From: Eledone cirrhosa
Taxonomy: Eukaryota
DNA length: 64,000 nucleotides
Direction: 5' to 3'
NCBI GenBank assembly: GCA_964016885.1
Contig: OZ024752.1
Coordinates: 36,332,001-36,396,000 of the forward strand
The position numbers and the translations under genes are program-made. Shown here in pieces: positions 53,790 through 64,000 of the stretch; within the stretch, counting starts at the first letter, position 1, and the number at the start of each line of letters is the position of its first letter. Below the pieces are notes generated by a model that did not search any database, was not told the DNA's origin, and saw nothing but the letters and a program-made list of their open reading frames with translations.

Positions 53790-54240
53790 GAGCCAAATTA
53801 GAGCCCATGCCCACACATTTCCCTTCTTGTGCAAGGTCAGCTTTTATCAGTTCACCTCAAGCTTTCCTAGGTCTTCCTCTTCCATAGTTTCTGTTGACTT
53901 GTGCTGTTTAATACAGCAATCATCTACCATACACATTGCATGTCCATGCCACTACAATCTCCTCTTCTGTACACATCTGACCCCTCTTATGCCAGTTTCT
54001 CTCTCAGTTCATTGATGCTTTGTTGTTCATGCACTCTACTTTTACACATCCATTGAAGTATGCAAGCTTCATCTCTTTCCAGTTTTCATAGGTTCTCTAC
54101 ACTACCCAGGTCTCTCTTCCATGCAGCATTGCTGTTCATACACAAGTATCATTTAATCTATCTTCCATTTTGAGGGGAAAACCTTCGTTAGCTAGCAGTG
54201 GTAATGGCTCCCTGAACTCTTTCCACCCTGTTCTCACTTT
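53790..54240 (-). mobile_element. Decayed RTE-clade LINE fragment (ORF C-terminal region)
   Basis: Minus-strand reading GWKEFREPLPLL..EGFPLKM..RL..TCV*TAMLHGRETW ... ER.EA.ILQWMC ... ELREKL.GIRGV..VQKRRL*WHGH, with stops and frameshifts; typical RTE post-RT motifs. Confidence 0.8.
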
Positions 54241-56624
54241 GGCTACTGTACTTTCAGAAAACCATTTGGAAGGCAGTATATTTGCAAGTGTGTATATGCC
54301 AAACATCTGAGTAACCAGACATATGTCTTTGTACCTATGAAACTCTAATAGTTGCTTCAGTCATGTTCATATTCCCTTGACATTTCTCACTTGTAAACAT
54401 GGATTAACTCTTTAGCAATTAAACCGGTCATATCTGGCCAGAATCCTCTCACCTCTTTCTGTTCAAACTGATTGTAACTGGCTGCTCACACTGATGTTAA
54501 GGTATTGTTCTCAAAATAAATATCAAAATCTCATAGATTTGATATTATGTGAGACAATTATGTTAGGTAAAGTCTTTACCATGAAAATATAATAGTATAT
54601 ACTGAGTAATGTAAATGTTAATGGGTTAAATTTCCATCTATACTTGGCTTGTGTATTGCTCACCAAACTGAAACACAGCTGACCTTATCAAATACTTATA
54701 CACATTCATACATTACTAGTTACTTGATATTTCAATTGTATACATCTCGCTAGAAATGTTGCTAAATTTCTGCATATAGATCCTAAATCAATGTTATATT
54801 AATTCTTCTATCCTATTATTTAGTTGATCTGAGGTAGCCATATAACGGGAGCAAAGAACCTTTTCAATCTGAATTACCGTTATTACAAAAAAATAAAATA
54901 AAATGGACCACAGGAGCTGTATAATTTATTATAAACAAAAAATATGAGAAAATATGAATTTAGTTAAGTTTTTTTCTTAGTCAATGTGAATTTTGATTTT
55001 GAATCTTATCTGGAGTTGCTTCAATGTCTGGGTCATAATAACTAATGAGGAAATGAATAATTAAAATAAAAATTCAAGAGCCACTTAAGATAGGCCAAAG
55101 AGCTTCAGGTTCCTAATTCCTGCATTATTACAATGATACTAATATGCTAACTACTACCAAAGCGGATGTCTCGCTAAAGTTGTTTGGTTTGCTAGAAAAA
55201 GCAGTCAAATCTATTGCATGCATGGTCCCATAACTCACGAGGAAATCGTAAGGGCGCCATAGTAGCATACAGCATTTCTAGGGCATTTTTAAACCTGGTA
55301 GAGCCCATCTCCTGTCCAGGTCTGAATACAGCAGATTTCTTCCAGAGAAGGATAGAGAGTATGTCACTGTGGTCTCTTTCTCTCTCTGTGGTCTCTTTCT
55401 CTCTCTGTGGTCTCTTTCTCTCTCTGTGGTCTGTCTACCTCTGTGGTCTGTCTACCTCTGTGGTCTGTCTACCTCTGTGGTCTGTCTACCTCTGTGGTCT
55501 ATCTAGCTCTATGTATCTGTCTGATCTATGTATTTCATCTAGTTATCTAGTTATTTAACTGACTCTCTATATAATATAAAGCCTGATATTTTATTTCTAT
55601 TTTCAAGAAACTACTTACATATCATAATTATTTAATGGCCATCTTGATCTAGATTGAGTTAGGTGGATAAATTGACCAGGTACAGAATCGTGAATTATTT
55701 TAATTATAGAGAACATATATCAATCAATTATCTCCTCAGACTAAATAATAATTGTTTCTATATTTGGCCAGCAATTACCCAGTGCATTACTGGTACTTTA
55801 TTTTATCGACCCCGTAAGGATGAAAGGCAAAGTTAACCTCAATGGCTTCTAAACAATTTCGAGAGGGTAAAGTTGATTAAATCGACCCTAGTGTGTTACT
55901 GATGCTTTATTTTATTGACTCTGTAAAGATGAAAGTCAAAGCTAACCTCAACAGGATTTTAACTCCGAATGTAAAGGGATGTAACTATATGCTGCAAAGC
56001 ATATAGTTGCATATTGTTCGAAGCTCTACCAATTGCTGCCAATCCAAGGCCTTCTCAGACTAACTAATAATAAAATATATTAGCTTCTTAAATATTTTTG
56101 ACAAATAGTCAATGTTCGATGATTTATTTATATACTATTGTATTTTTGTAGTAAAGACTTTATCTTACATAATTATCTCACATAATATCGATTCTGAGAT
56201 TTTGATATTATTTATTTTGAGAACAATACCTTAACATCAGTACAAGCGGCCAGTTTCAACTGGTTTTAACAGAAAGAGGTGAGACATTTCTAGCCGGATA
56301 CGGCCGGTTTGAATGCTAAAGGGTTAAAGAAAATTGATTGTAAATAATTGTTTCTACTTTTGGCACAAGGTCAACAATTATCCCAGTGTATTACTGGTAC
56401 TTTATTTTATCAATCCCATAAGGATGAAAGGCAAAGTTAACCTCGGGAGGATTTGAACTCAGACTATAAAGGGCCGTAACTCTATGCTGCAAATCCTGGC
56501 GTCCGACCCTCTACCGATACTGCCAATCAACCAATGATGGCAATTTCTAATTTTAAATATTTTGTTAAATAACCTGCTGATTACTTTTCATGTATTCTGT
56601 AACATGTCATTTGTGTCTTTTCAG

Positions 56625-56846
56625 CTCATTAGACAACACCTGCAAAAAAACAAAGAAGGAAGCAAGCAGCCTAATTCTTCGAAACTAAGATATAGTCCGG
56701 TGTCTGCAAATCATTGTGCATTAACGTCAAGCCAATCAACCACTGTATTCAGCCAACCTAAATCAATATCACCTAGTATTAATAATAATAACAATAAAAC
56801 TACCATGCCAAGGTACCAAAGAAATAGTGTTGAAGGTTTAAACACA
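56625..56846 (+). CDS. GLCCI1: GLCCI1/FAM117-family protein, next internal exon
   Basis: cttttcAG / GTaagt; LIRQHLQKNKEGSKQ...RYSPVSANH...PRYQRNSVEGLNT matches LRQQLQRSK...R.SP..GNH...VEG; 222 nt, phase 0-0, in frame with 47761-47862. Confidence 0.85.
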
Positions 56847-58139
56847 GTAAGTCATATAACTTTGTGTCACCATATTTGTTTTTGATTTGTAGTGTCAGGG
56901 GAAAAAAAGGCAGCACCTATGACCCTTTTTAGGGCCTCCGTAACTGTTTGGGGGGAAAGGAGAAAGTTATTATGAGACTGAAGACCTAGCCCCCTAATAT
57001 TTAGAACAGAACTCCCCAAAAGGTATCCAAGGACCAGATGGTTGTTTTAACCCTTTAATGTTCAAACCGGCCAGAATTCTCTACCTTTTTCTGTTGAAAC
57101 TGGCTGTACCTGGTCTCTCAAACTGATGTTAAGGGTTTGTTCTTAAAATAAATACTTTCAAAATCTCATAGATTCGATATTATGTGAGATAATTATGTGA
57201 GATAAAGCGTTTACCATGAAAATATAATAGTATATATAGAGTAATGTGAATGCTAAAGGGTTAAACTGAGCTGTAGATTAAATCTAATACCTGTGGTTTG
57301 TTGCCTTAACTCTTTATCATTTACATTACTCTATATTTACTATTGTATTTTCACAGAAAAGGCTTTATCTCACATAATATCAAATCTACGAAATTTTTGA
57401 TATTATTTATTTTGAGATCAATACCATACCTTAACATAAGTATGAGCGGCCGGTTAGACCGGTTTGAACAGAAAGAGGTGAGAGAATTCTGGCCGGATAT
57501 GGTCAGTTTAAATGCTAAAGGTTAATTCAATACCACACAGTTCTCAGTCTACTAAGGCAAATTTTGTTCACACCAATCTCAAATGTTGATACCAGCAATA
57601 TACTATTTCACATCTGACATAAAAGACCTGTAGAGTTATAAGCATGTCATTGATTGATAAATTTTTAAACTCTTAATGTCTTGTTTTGCATGAAGCTACA
57701 TTACCAAAACATTTAAGGTATAAAACAGCACTATGACTGCATAACATTAAAAAATAAATTCTTTTTTTTTAAAACTGCAAAATTTTACAATGATCTGTCC
57801 ATTAGTAAAGATACTATAAACATTTGAATTAAGAGACTCCATTTTTAAAAAATATTTTCTACTAAATCATTACAGGATGTTAAGAGTTTAACCCTAGGTC
57901 TATCCTAATTGATCATCATTACATTCTTTAGGCAGTGTTTCAGTTATTACCACAGTCATTTCGGATCTATTCATCATCATCATCGTTTAATGTCCATTTT
58001 TTTCATACTAGCATGGGTTAGACGTGTTGTCTCGTTGTAAGATGAGTCGGATCAGATGACCATGTCTTGCTCATACAGAACTATTTCTGGCTTGGTTTTG
58101 TATATGACGTTAAATGACGACGATACTATCATCACCATC

Positions 58140-58474
58140 ATCATCATCATTTTATGTCTGCTTTTCCCTGCTTGCAAGGGTGGGACGGGAACTGATTCTG
58201 GCTTTGATTTCTACAGCTGGATGCCCTTCCTAACACCAACCTCATTTACAGTGAGTGCTGGGTGCTTTTTTGCCGTGGCACCTCCACGACCACTCTACAG
58301 TGGAATAATAGGGACTCCAGTCCCTATCATCTCATTTCTACAGCTGAGTAAACTGGAGCAATGTGAAATAAAGTGTCTTGCTCAAGGAAACAACACATCA
58401 CCCGGTCTGAGAATTGAACTGACAACCTTTCGATTGCAAGGCCAATGCTCTAACCACTAAGCCATGTGCCTCCA
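58140..58474 (-). mobile_element. Young tRNA-derived SINE, family B
   Basis: Near-identical to the copies at 24090, 26225 and 39221. Confidence 0.9.
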
Positions 58475-58674
58475 TAAAAACAAAATGCCCTGTTGAGTCA
58501 GGGAATCAAACTCATGACCTGATGATTGTGAGCTCAGCATCCTAACCACTATGCCACGCATGATGTTAAATGTTTCTACTTTAGGCACAAGGCCAGCAAT
58601 TATCTCAGTGCATTACTGGTACTTTATTTTATTGACCCTGTAAGGATGAAAGGCAAAGTTAACCTTGGCGGGAT

Positions 58675-58885
58675 GATAATAATGATGGAATTAAATGATG
58701 GTGATGGTGATGATGGTGGTGACGATAGTGATGATGATGATGATGATAGTGATGACGATGATAGTGATGATGATGATGATAGTGATGATGATGATGATAG
58801 TGATGACGATGATAGTGATGATGACGATGATAGTGATGACGATGATAGTGATGATGATGATGATGATGATGGTGACGACGACGAT
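58675..58885. repeat. (GAT)n compound microsatellite between duplicated SINE segments
   Basis: GAT/GAC/AGT triplets; 58570-58672 and 58890-58995 are direct repeats of the same SINE A segment. Confidence 0.9.
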
Positions 58886-59099
58886 AATAATTGTTTCTAC
58901 TTTTGGCAGAAGGCCAGCAATTACCCAGTACATTACTGGTACTATATTTTATCGATCCCCGTAAGGATGAAAGGCAAAGTTAACCTCGGCGGGATTTGAA
59001 CTCAGATCATAAAGGGAGGTAACTCTATGCTGGAAAGCATGGCGTCCGACCCTCTACCGATACTGCCAATGATGATGACGACATTAAATGATGATGACG

Positions 59100-60740
59100 G
59101 CAAAAAAGTACCCAGCCCTCCCTGTAAAGTGGACGTGTAGGCGCCACGAAAAAGCACCCAGCTCTCACTGTAAAGTGGATGTGTAGGCTCCACGAAAAAG
59201 CACCCAGCCCTCACTGTAAAGTGGACGTGTAGGCGCCACGAAAAAGCACCCAGCCCACACTGTAAAGTGGACGTGTAGGCTCCACGAAAAAGCACGCAGC
59301 TCTCACTGTAAAGTGGACGTGTAGGCTCCACGAAAAAGCACCCAGCCCTCACTGTAAAGTGGACGTGTAGGCGCCACGAAAAAGCACCCAGCCCACACTG
59401 TAAAGTGGACGTGTAGGCGCCACGAAAAAGCACCCAGCTCCCACTGTAAAGTGGACGTGTAGGCGCCACGAAAAAGCACCCAGCCCACACTGTAAAGTGG
59501 ACGTGTAGGCGCCACGAAAAAGCACCCAGCCCACACTGTAAAGTGGACGTGTAGGCGCCACGAAAAAGCACCCAGTCCACACTGTAAAGTAGACGTGTAG
59601 GCGCCACAAAAAAGCACCCAGCCCACACTGTAAAGTGGACGTGTAGGCGCCACGAAAAAGCACCCAGCCCACACTGTAAAGTGGACGTGTAGGCACCACA
59701 AAAAAGCACCCAGCCCACACTGTAAAGTGGACGTGTAGGCGCCACGAAAAAGCACCCAGCCCACACTGTAAAGTGGACGTGTAGGTGCCCGAAAAAGCAC
59801 CCAGCCCACACTGTAAAGTGGACGTGTAGGCGCCACGAAAAAGCACCCAGCCCACACTGTAAAGTGGACGTGTAGGCGCCACGAAAAAGCACCCAGCCCA
59901 CACTGTAAAGTGGACGTGTAGGCGCCACGAAAAAGCACCCAGCCCACACTGTAAAGTGGACGTGTAGGCACCACGAAAAAGCACCCACCCCACACTGTAA
60001 AGTGGACGTGTAGGCACCACGAAAAAGCACCCAGCCCACACTGTAAAGTGGACGTGTAGGCGCCACGAAAAAGCACCCAGCCCACACTGTAAAGTGGACG
60101 TGTAGGCGCCACAAAAAAGCACCCAGTCCACACTGTAAAGTGGACGTGTAGGCGCCACAAAAAAGCACCCAGCCCACACTGTAAAGTGGACGTGTAGGCG
60201 CCACGAAAAAGCACCCAGCCCATACTGTAAAGTGGACGTGTAGGCACCACAAAAAAGCACCCAGCCCACACTGTAAAGTGGACGTGTAGGCGCCACGAAA
60301 AAGCACCCAGCCCACACTGTAAAGTGGACGTGTAGGTGCCCGAAAAAGCACCCAGCCCACACTGTAAAGTGGACGTGTAGGCGCCATGAAAAAGCACCCA
60401 GCCCACACTATAAAGTGGACGTGTAGGCGCCACGAAAAAGCACCCAGCCCACACTGTAAAGTGGACGTGTCGGCACCACGAAAAAGCACCCAGCCCACAC
60501 TGTAAAGTGGACGTGTAGGCGCCACGAAAAAGCACCCAGCCCACACTGTAAAGTGGACATGTAGGCGCCACGAAAAAGCACCCAGCCCACACTGTAAAGT
60601 GGACATGTAGGCGCCACGAAAAAGCACCCAGCCCACACTGTAAAGTGGACGTGTAGGCACCACGAAAAAGCACCCAGCCCACACTGTAAAGTGGACGTGT
60701 AGGCGCCACGAAAAAGCACCCAGCACTCACTGTAAATGAG
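59100..60740. repeat. 46-bp minisatellite, ~35 copies, expanded inside a SINE
   Basis: Unit gaaaaagcacccagcccacactgtaaagtggacgtgtaggcgccac; continues directly into the SINE 3' part and (GAT)n tail at 60740-60900. Confidence 0.98.
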
Positions 60741-61559
60741 GTTGGTGTTAGGAAGGGCATCCAGCTGTAGAAATCAAGCCAAATCAGTTCCTGTATGAGC
60801 AAGGCATGGTCAGGCGACCAGACACTGCTCACAACAGGACAACCCGTCTAACCCATGCGAGCATGGAAGAACGGACGTAAAACGATGATGATGATGACGA
60901 CGTATTTTTGATTATTTCATGAGTTTATCTCTAGATACTTTACTACGTTTCCCATATCATCGGAAGTATACGATGTCTCTCATACAAAATAGTTTCAAAT
61001 ATTTTACATTCAATGAGAGATATTTTGCCAACACAATTCTTTTAATCTATTTTTCTCCTGTAACAAAACAAATATATTCTCTATGACCTATTGTTTTGTT
61101 GTGGTGTGAAGCTGCTGCATGGCCTTATGGTTAAGATGTTGGACTTACGGACATAATGTCACCAGTTCGATTCCTGGTCAGGCTGCTGTGTTGTGTTCTT
61201 GAGTGATGAACAAAATACTTTATTTTACATTGCTCAAGTACACTCGGCCGCTGAGAGCGAGCGAGTACCAGTAGTAGCTGGAGAGTTAATCCTATGGCAG
61301 ACCAGCATTCTGTCCAGGGAGATCCTTGTACTCTTAGTCACTTAATGTCAAAGGAACCAGGGACAACAACCACTCTGATGATGAGCCGTTGACTTGGAAC
61401 AAACTTTAACAAACTGTTATTTTGTTAGCTGTAGTTATGGCTGAGTAAAGAAGTTTGTTTTGAAATCATGAGTTGCTAGGTTTAATCCCAATTGCATGGC
61501 GCCTTGAGCCATTCTTTGACCATCAACAAGAGGGATTTGTCCAACCAGAGTGAGAAACC

Positions 61560-62580
61560 CCTGGATTAGATGGAGATCAACCAGGGAGAGGTTCCTCCAA
61601 CAGGAGTGAGGAGACCCTGATTGATGGAGGGGTTCCTCCAACAGGAGTGAGAAGGCTCTGGATTGGATTGGATGGAGGTCAACCCAGGAGGGATTCCTCC
61701 AACAGGAGGGATTCCTCCAACAGGAGGGAGAAGGCTCTAGATTGGATGGAGGTCAACCTGGGAGGGATTCCTCCAACAGGAGGGAGAAGGCCCTGGATTG
61801 GATGGAGGTCAACCCAGGAGGGATTCCTCCAACAGGAAGGAGAAGGCTCTGGATTGGATTGGATGGAGGTCAACCTGGGAGGGATTCCTCCAACAGGTGG
61901 GAGAAGGCTCTGGATTGGATTGGATGGAGGTCAACCTGGGAGGGATTCCTCCAACAGGAAGGAGAAGGCTCTGGATTGGATTGGATGGAGGTCAACCTGG
62001 GAGGGATTCCTCCAACAGGAGGGAGAAGGCTCTGGATTGGATTGGATGGAGGTCAACCTGGGAGGGGTTCCTCCAACAGGAAGGAGAAGGCTCTGGATTG
62101 GATGGAGGTCAACCTGGGAGGGATTCCTCCAACAGGAGGGAGAAGGCTCTGGATTGGATTGGATGGAGGTCAACCCGGGAGGGATTCCTCCAACAGGAAG
62201 GAGAAGGCTCTGGATTGGATTGGATGGAGGTCAACCTGGGAGGGATTCCTCCAACAGGAGGGAGAAGGCCCTGGATTGGATTGGATGGAGGTCAACCCAG
62301 GAGGGATTCCTCCAACAGGAGGGAGAAGGCTCTGGATTGGATTGGATGGAGGTCAACCTGGGAGGGATTCCTCCAACAGGAGGGAGAAGACTCTGGATTG
62401 GATGATGGTCAACCTGGGAGAGGTTCCTCCAAAAGGAGGGAGAAGACTCTGGATTGGATGGAGGTCAACCTGGGAGGGGTTCCTCCAACAGGAGGGAGAA
62501 GGCTCTGGATTGGATTGGATGGAGGTCAACCCAGGAGGGGTTCCTCCAACAGGAGGGAGAAGGCTCTGTATTGGATTCAA
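61560..62580. repeat. 61/56-bp minisatellite, ~17 copies
   Basis: Unit ggattggattggatggaggtcaacctgggagggattcctccaacaggagggagaaggctct. Confidence 0.97.
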
Positions 62581-63091
62581 CTGTTTAATTGATAGAACAA
62601 TTGACACCAACAACAGATGATCAATCAACAATTTGTTGACAATATCTAGTTTAATATTAAACAAGTTTGTTTATATTTATATAGCTTATTTCTGTTTCAT
62701 TTTGTAGAAATTGAGTAAAAGTATCTTTGATTAAATGGTTCTGTTATATATTTATATAAAATTGAAGGAGGGCTTAGTCAACATAGCAAATAACCTGTTA
62801 GCTGTGTAATGATAAAAGCTGACCTTGTTCATTTAAACCTCTCAAAGGAGATGATACAGGATTAAGATCTCTGCTGTTATGCTGTACTGCAGAAGACCTG
62901 CCTTCCCATGTGCACAGGATGAAACAAACATGTGGAGGACATTAGTCTGCCCCAATCTTCCTCCCCACCCTCACTCACTCTTCTCAATTCACCCAGCCAT
63001 AATACTCCCTCACTTATTCACCTGCTGCCATGACAAAAAAAAAAATCACTAAGTCCACCCTGTATGAGGATCTGGTGCTACAATAACAGAA

Positions 63092-63500
63092 GCACCCAGT
63101 CCACCTTGTAAGGTGGTTGTGCTAGTGACACAAGAGGCTCCCAGTTAATCCTGTATAGGGGCCATGTTAGTGACACAAATTAAAGCACCCAGTCCACCAT
63201 GTAAGGTGGTTGTGCTAGTGACACAAGAGGCTCCCAGTTAATCCTGTATAGTGGCCATGTTAGTGACACAAATTAAAGCACCCAGTCCACCTTGTAAGGT
63301 GGTTGTGCTAGTGACACAAGAGGCTCCCAGTTAATCCTGTGTAGTGGCCATGTTAGTGACACAAATTAAAGCACCCAGTCCACCTTGTAAGGTGGTTGTG
63401 CTAGTGACACAAGAGGCTCCCAGTTAATCCTGTATAGTGGCCATGTTAGTGACACAAATTAAAGCACCCAGACTACCCTGTAAGGTGGTTGTGTTGATGA
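63092..63500. repeat. 93-bp tandem repeat (dimer of two diverged ~46-bp SINE modules), ~4.3 copies
   Basis: gcacccagtccacc at 63092, 63185, 63278 and 63371; followed by a SINE 3' end to ~63745. Confidence 0.93.
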
Positions 63501-63789
63501 CATGAGAAAAGAGAACCCAGTTCAGCCTGTTCGATAGATGTTTTGGTGCCGTGATAAAACGAACCCTCTCCACACTGTAACATGGTTGGCGTTAGGAAGG
63601 GCATCCAGCTGTATAAACCAATCCAAAATACAGATCTGTATGAGCAAAGCATGGTCAGATGACTAGATTGGTCTCATAACATGACAACCTGTCTAACCCA
63701 TGCAAGCTTGGACAAATGAATGTTAAACAGTGATGATGATGATAGTTCTGGATACATACATTAAAAAAGATGATGATTACAGCTTGAAT

Positions 63790-64000
63790 ACCTTTGATCA
63801 TAGGTCTACCCAACCAAGTCGACCTGGGGCTAAACAACCTTTGATCATTGGTCTACCCAACCAAGTTGACCTGGGGCTAAACAACCTTTGATCATTGGTC
63901 TACCCAACCAAGTTGACCTGGGGCTAAACAACCTTTGATCATTGGTCTACCCAACCAAGTTGACCTGGGGCTAAACAACCTTTGATCATTGGTCTACCCA
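63790..64000. repeat. 47-bp tandem repeat, runs off the window end
   Basis: Unit acctttgatcattggtctacccaaccaagttgacctggggctaaaca, at least 4.5 copies. Confidence 0.95.

Noticed and set aside
58646-58999. Poly-Asp protein ORF
   Set aside because: (GAT)n microsatellite between SINE fragments.
59002-60832. Long ORFs (574, 509 and 337 aa) and a CRISPR-like periodic array
   Set aside because: Stop-free frames of a 46-bp tandem repeat; no unique spacers, no cas genes, eukaryotic context.
61647-62620. ORFs of 252-292 aa in all three plus frames
   Set aside because: By-product of the 61-bp minisatellite.

Overview
AT-rich, repeat-dense eukaryotic DNA. The SINE, RTE and MITE content suggests an octopod cephalopod (inference, no database check). 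Three plus-strand spliced genes were reconstructed by hand. (1) A complete COP9 signalosome subunit 7 gene (COPS7): 8 coding exons, 20866-31153, about 257 aa, with a probable ETS-site promoter and non-coding first exon near 12.8-12.9 kb. (2) A complete UMAD1 gene: 2 coding exons, 39011-40973, 169 aa. (3) Two internal exons of a GLCCI1/FAM117-family gene (47761-47862, 56625-56846); the UMAD1-GLCCI1 order and orientation match the human 7p21 arrangement. The rest is satellites (120, 48, 46, 61, 93 and 47 bp units, several amplified from dispersed-repeat modules), tRNA-derived SINEs, hAT, mariner, pogo and piggyBac MITEs, Tx1/L1 and RTE LINE fragments, and a decayed GIY-YIG (Penelope-like) fragment. 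The least explained signal is a set of short non-coding fold-back elements, mostly next to (TA)n tracts. One carries a well-formed minimal hammerhead ribozyme on both arms (19441-19746) and several others carry decayed hammerhead-like cores.
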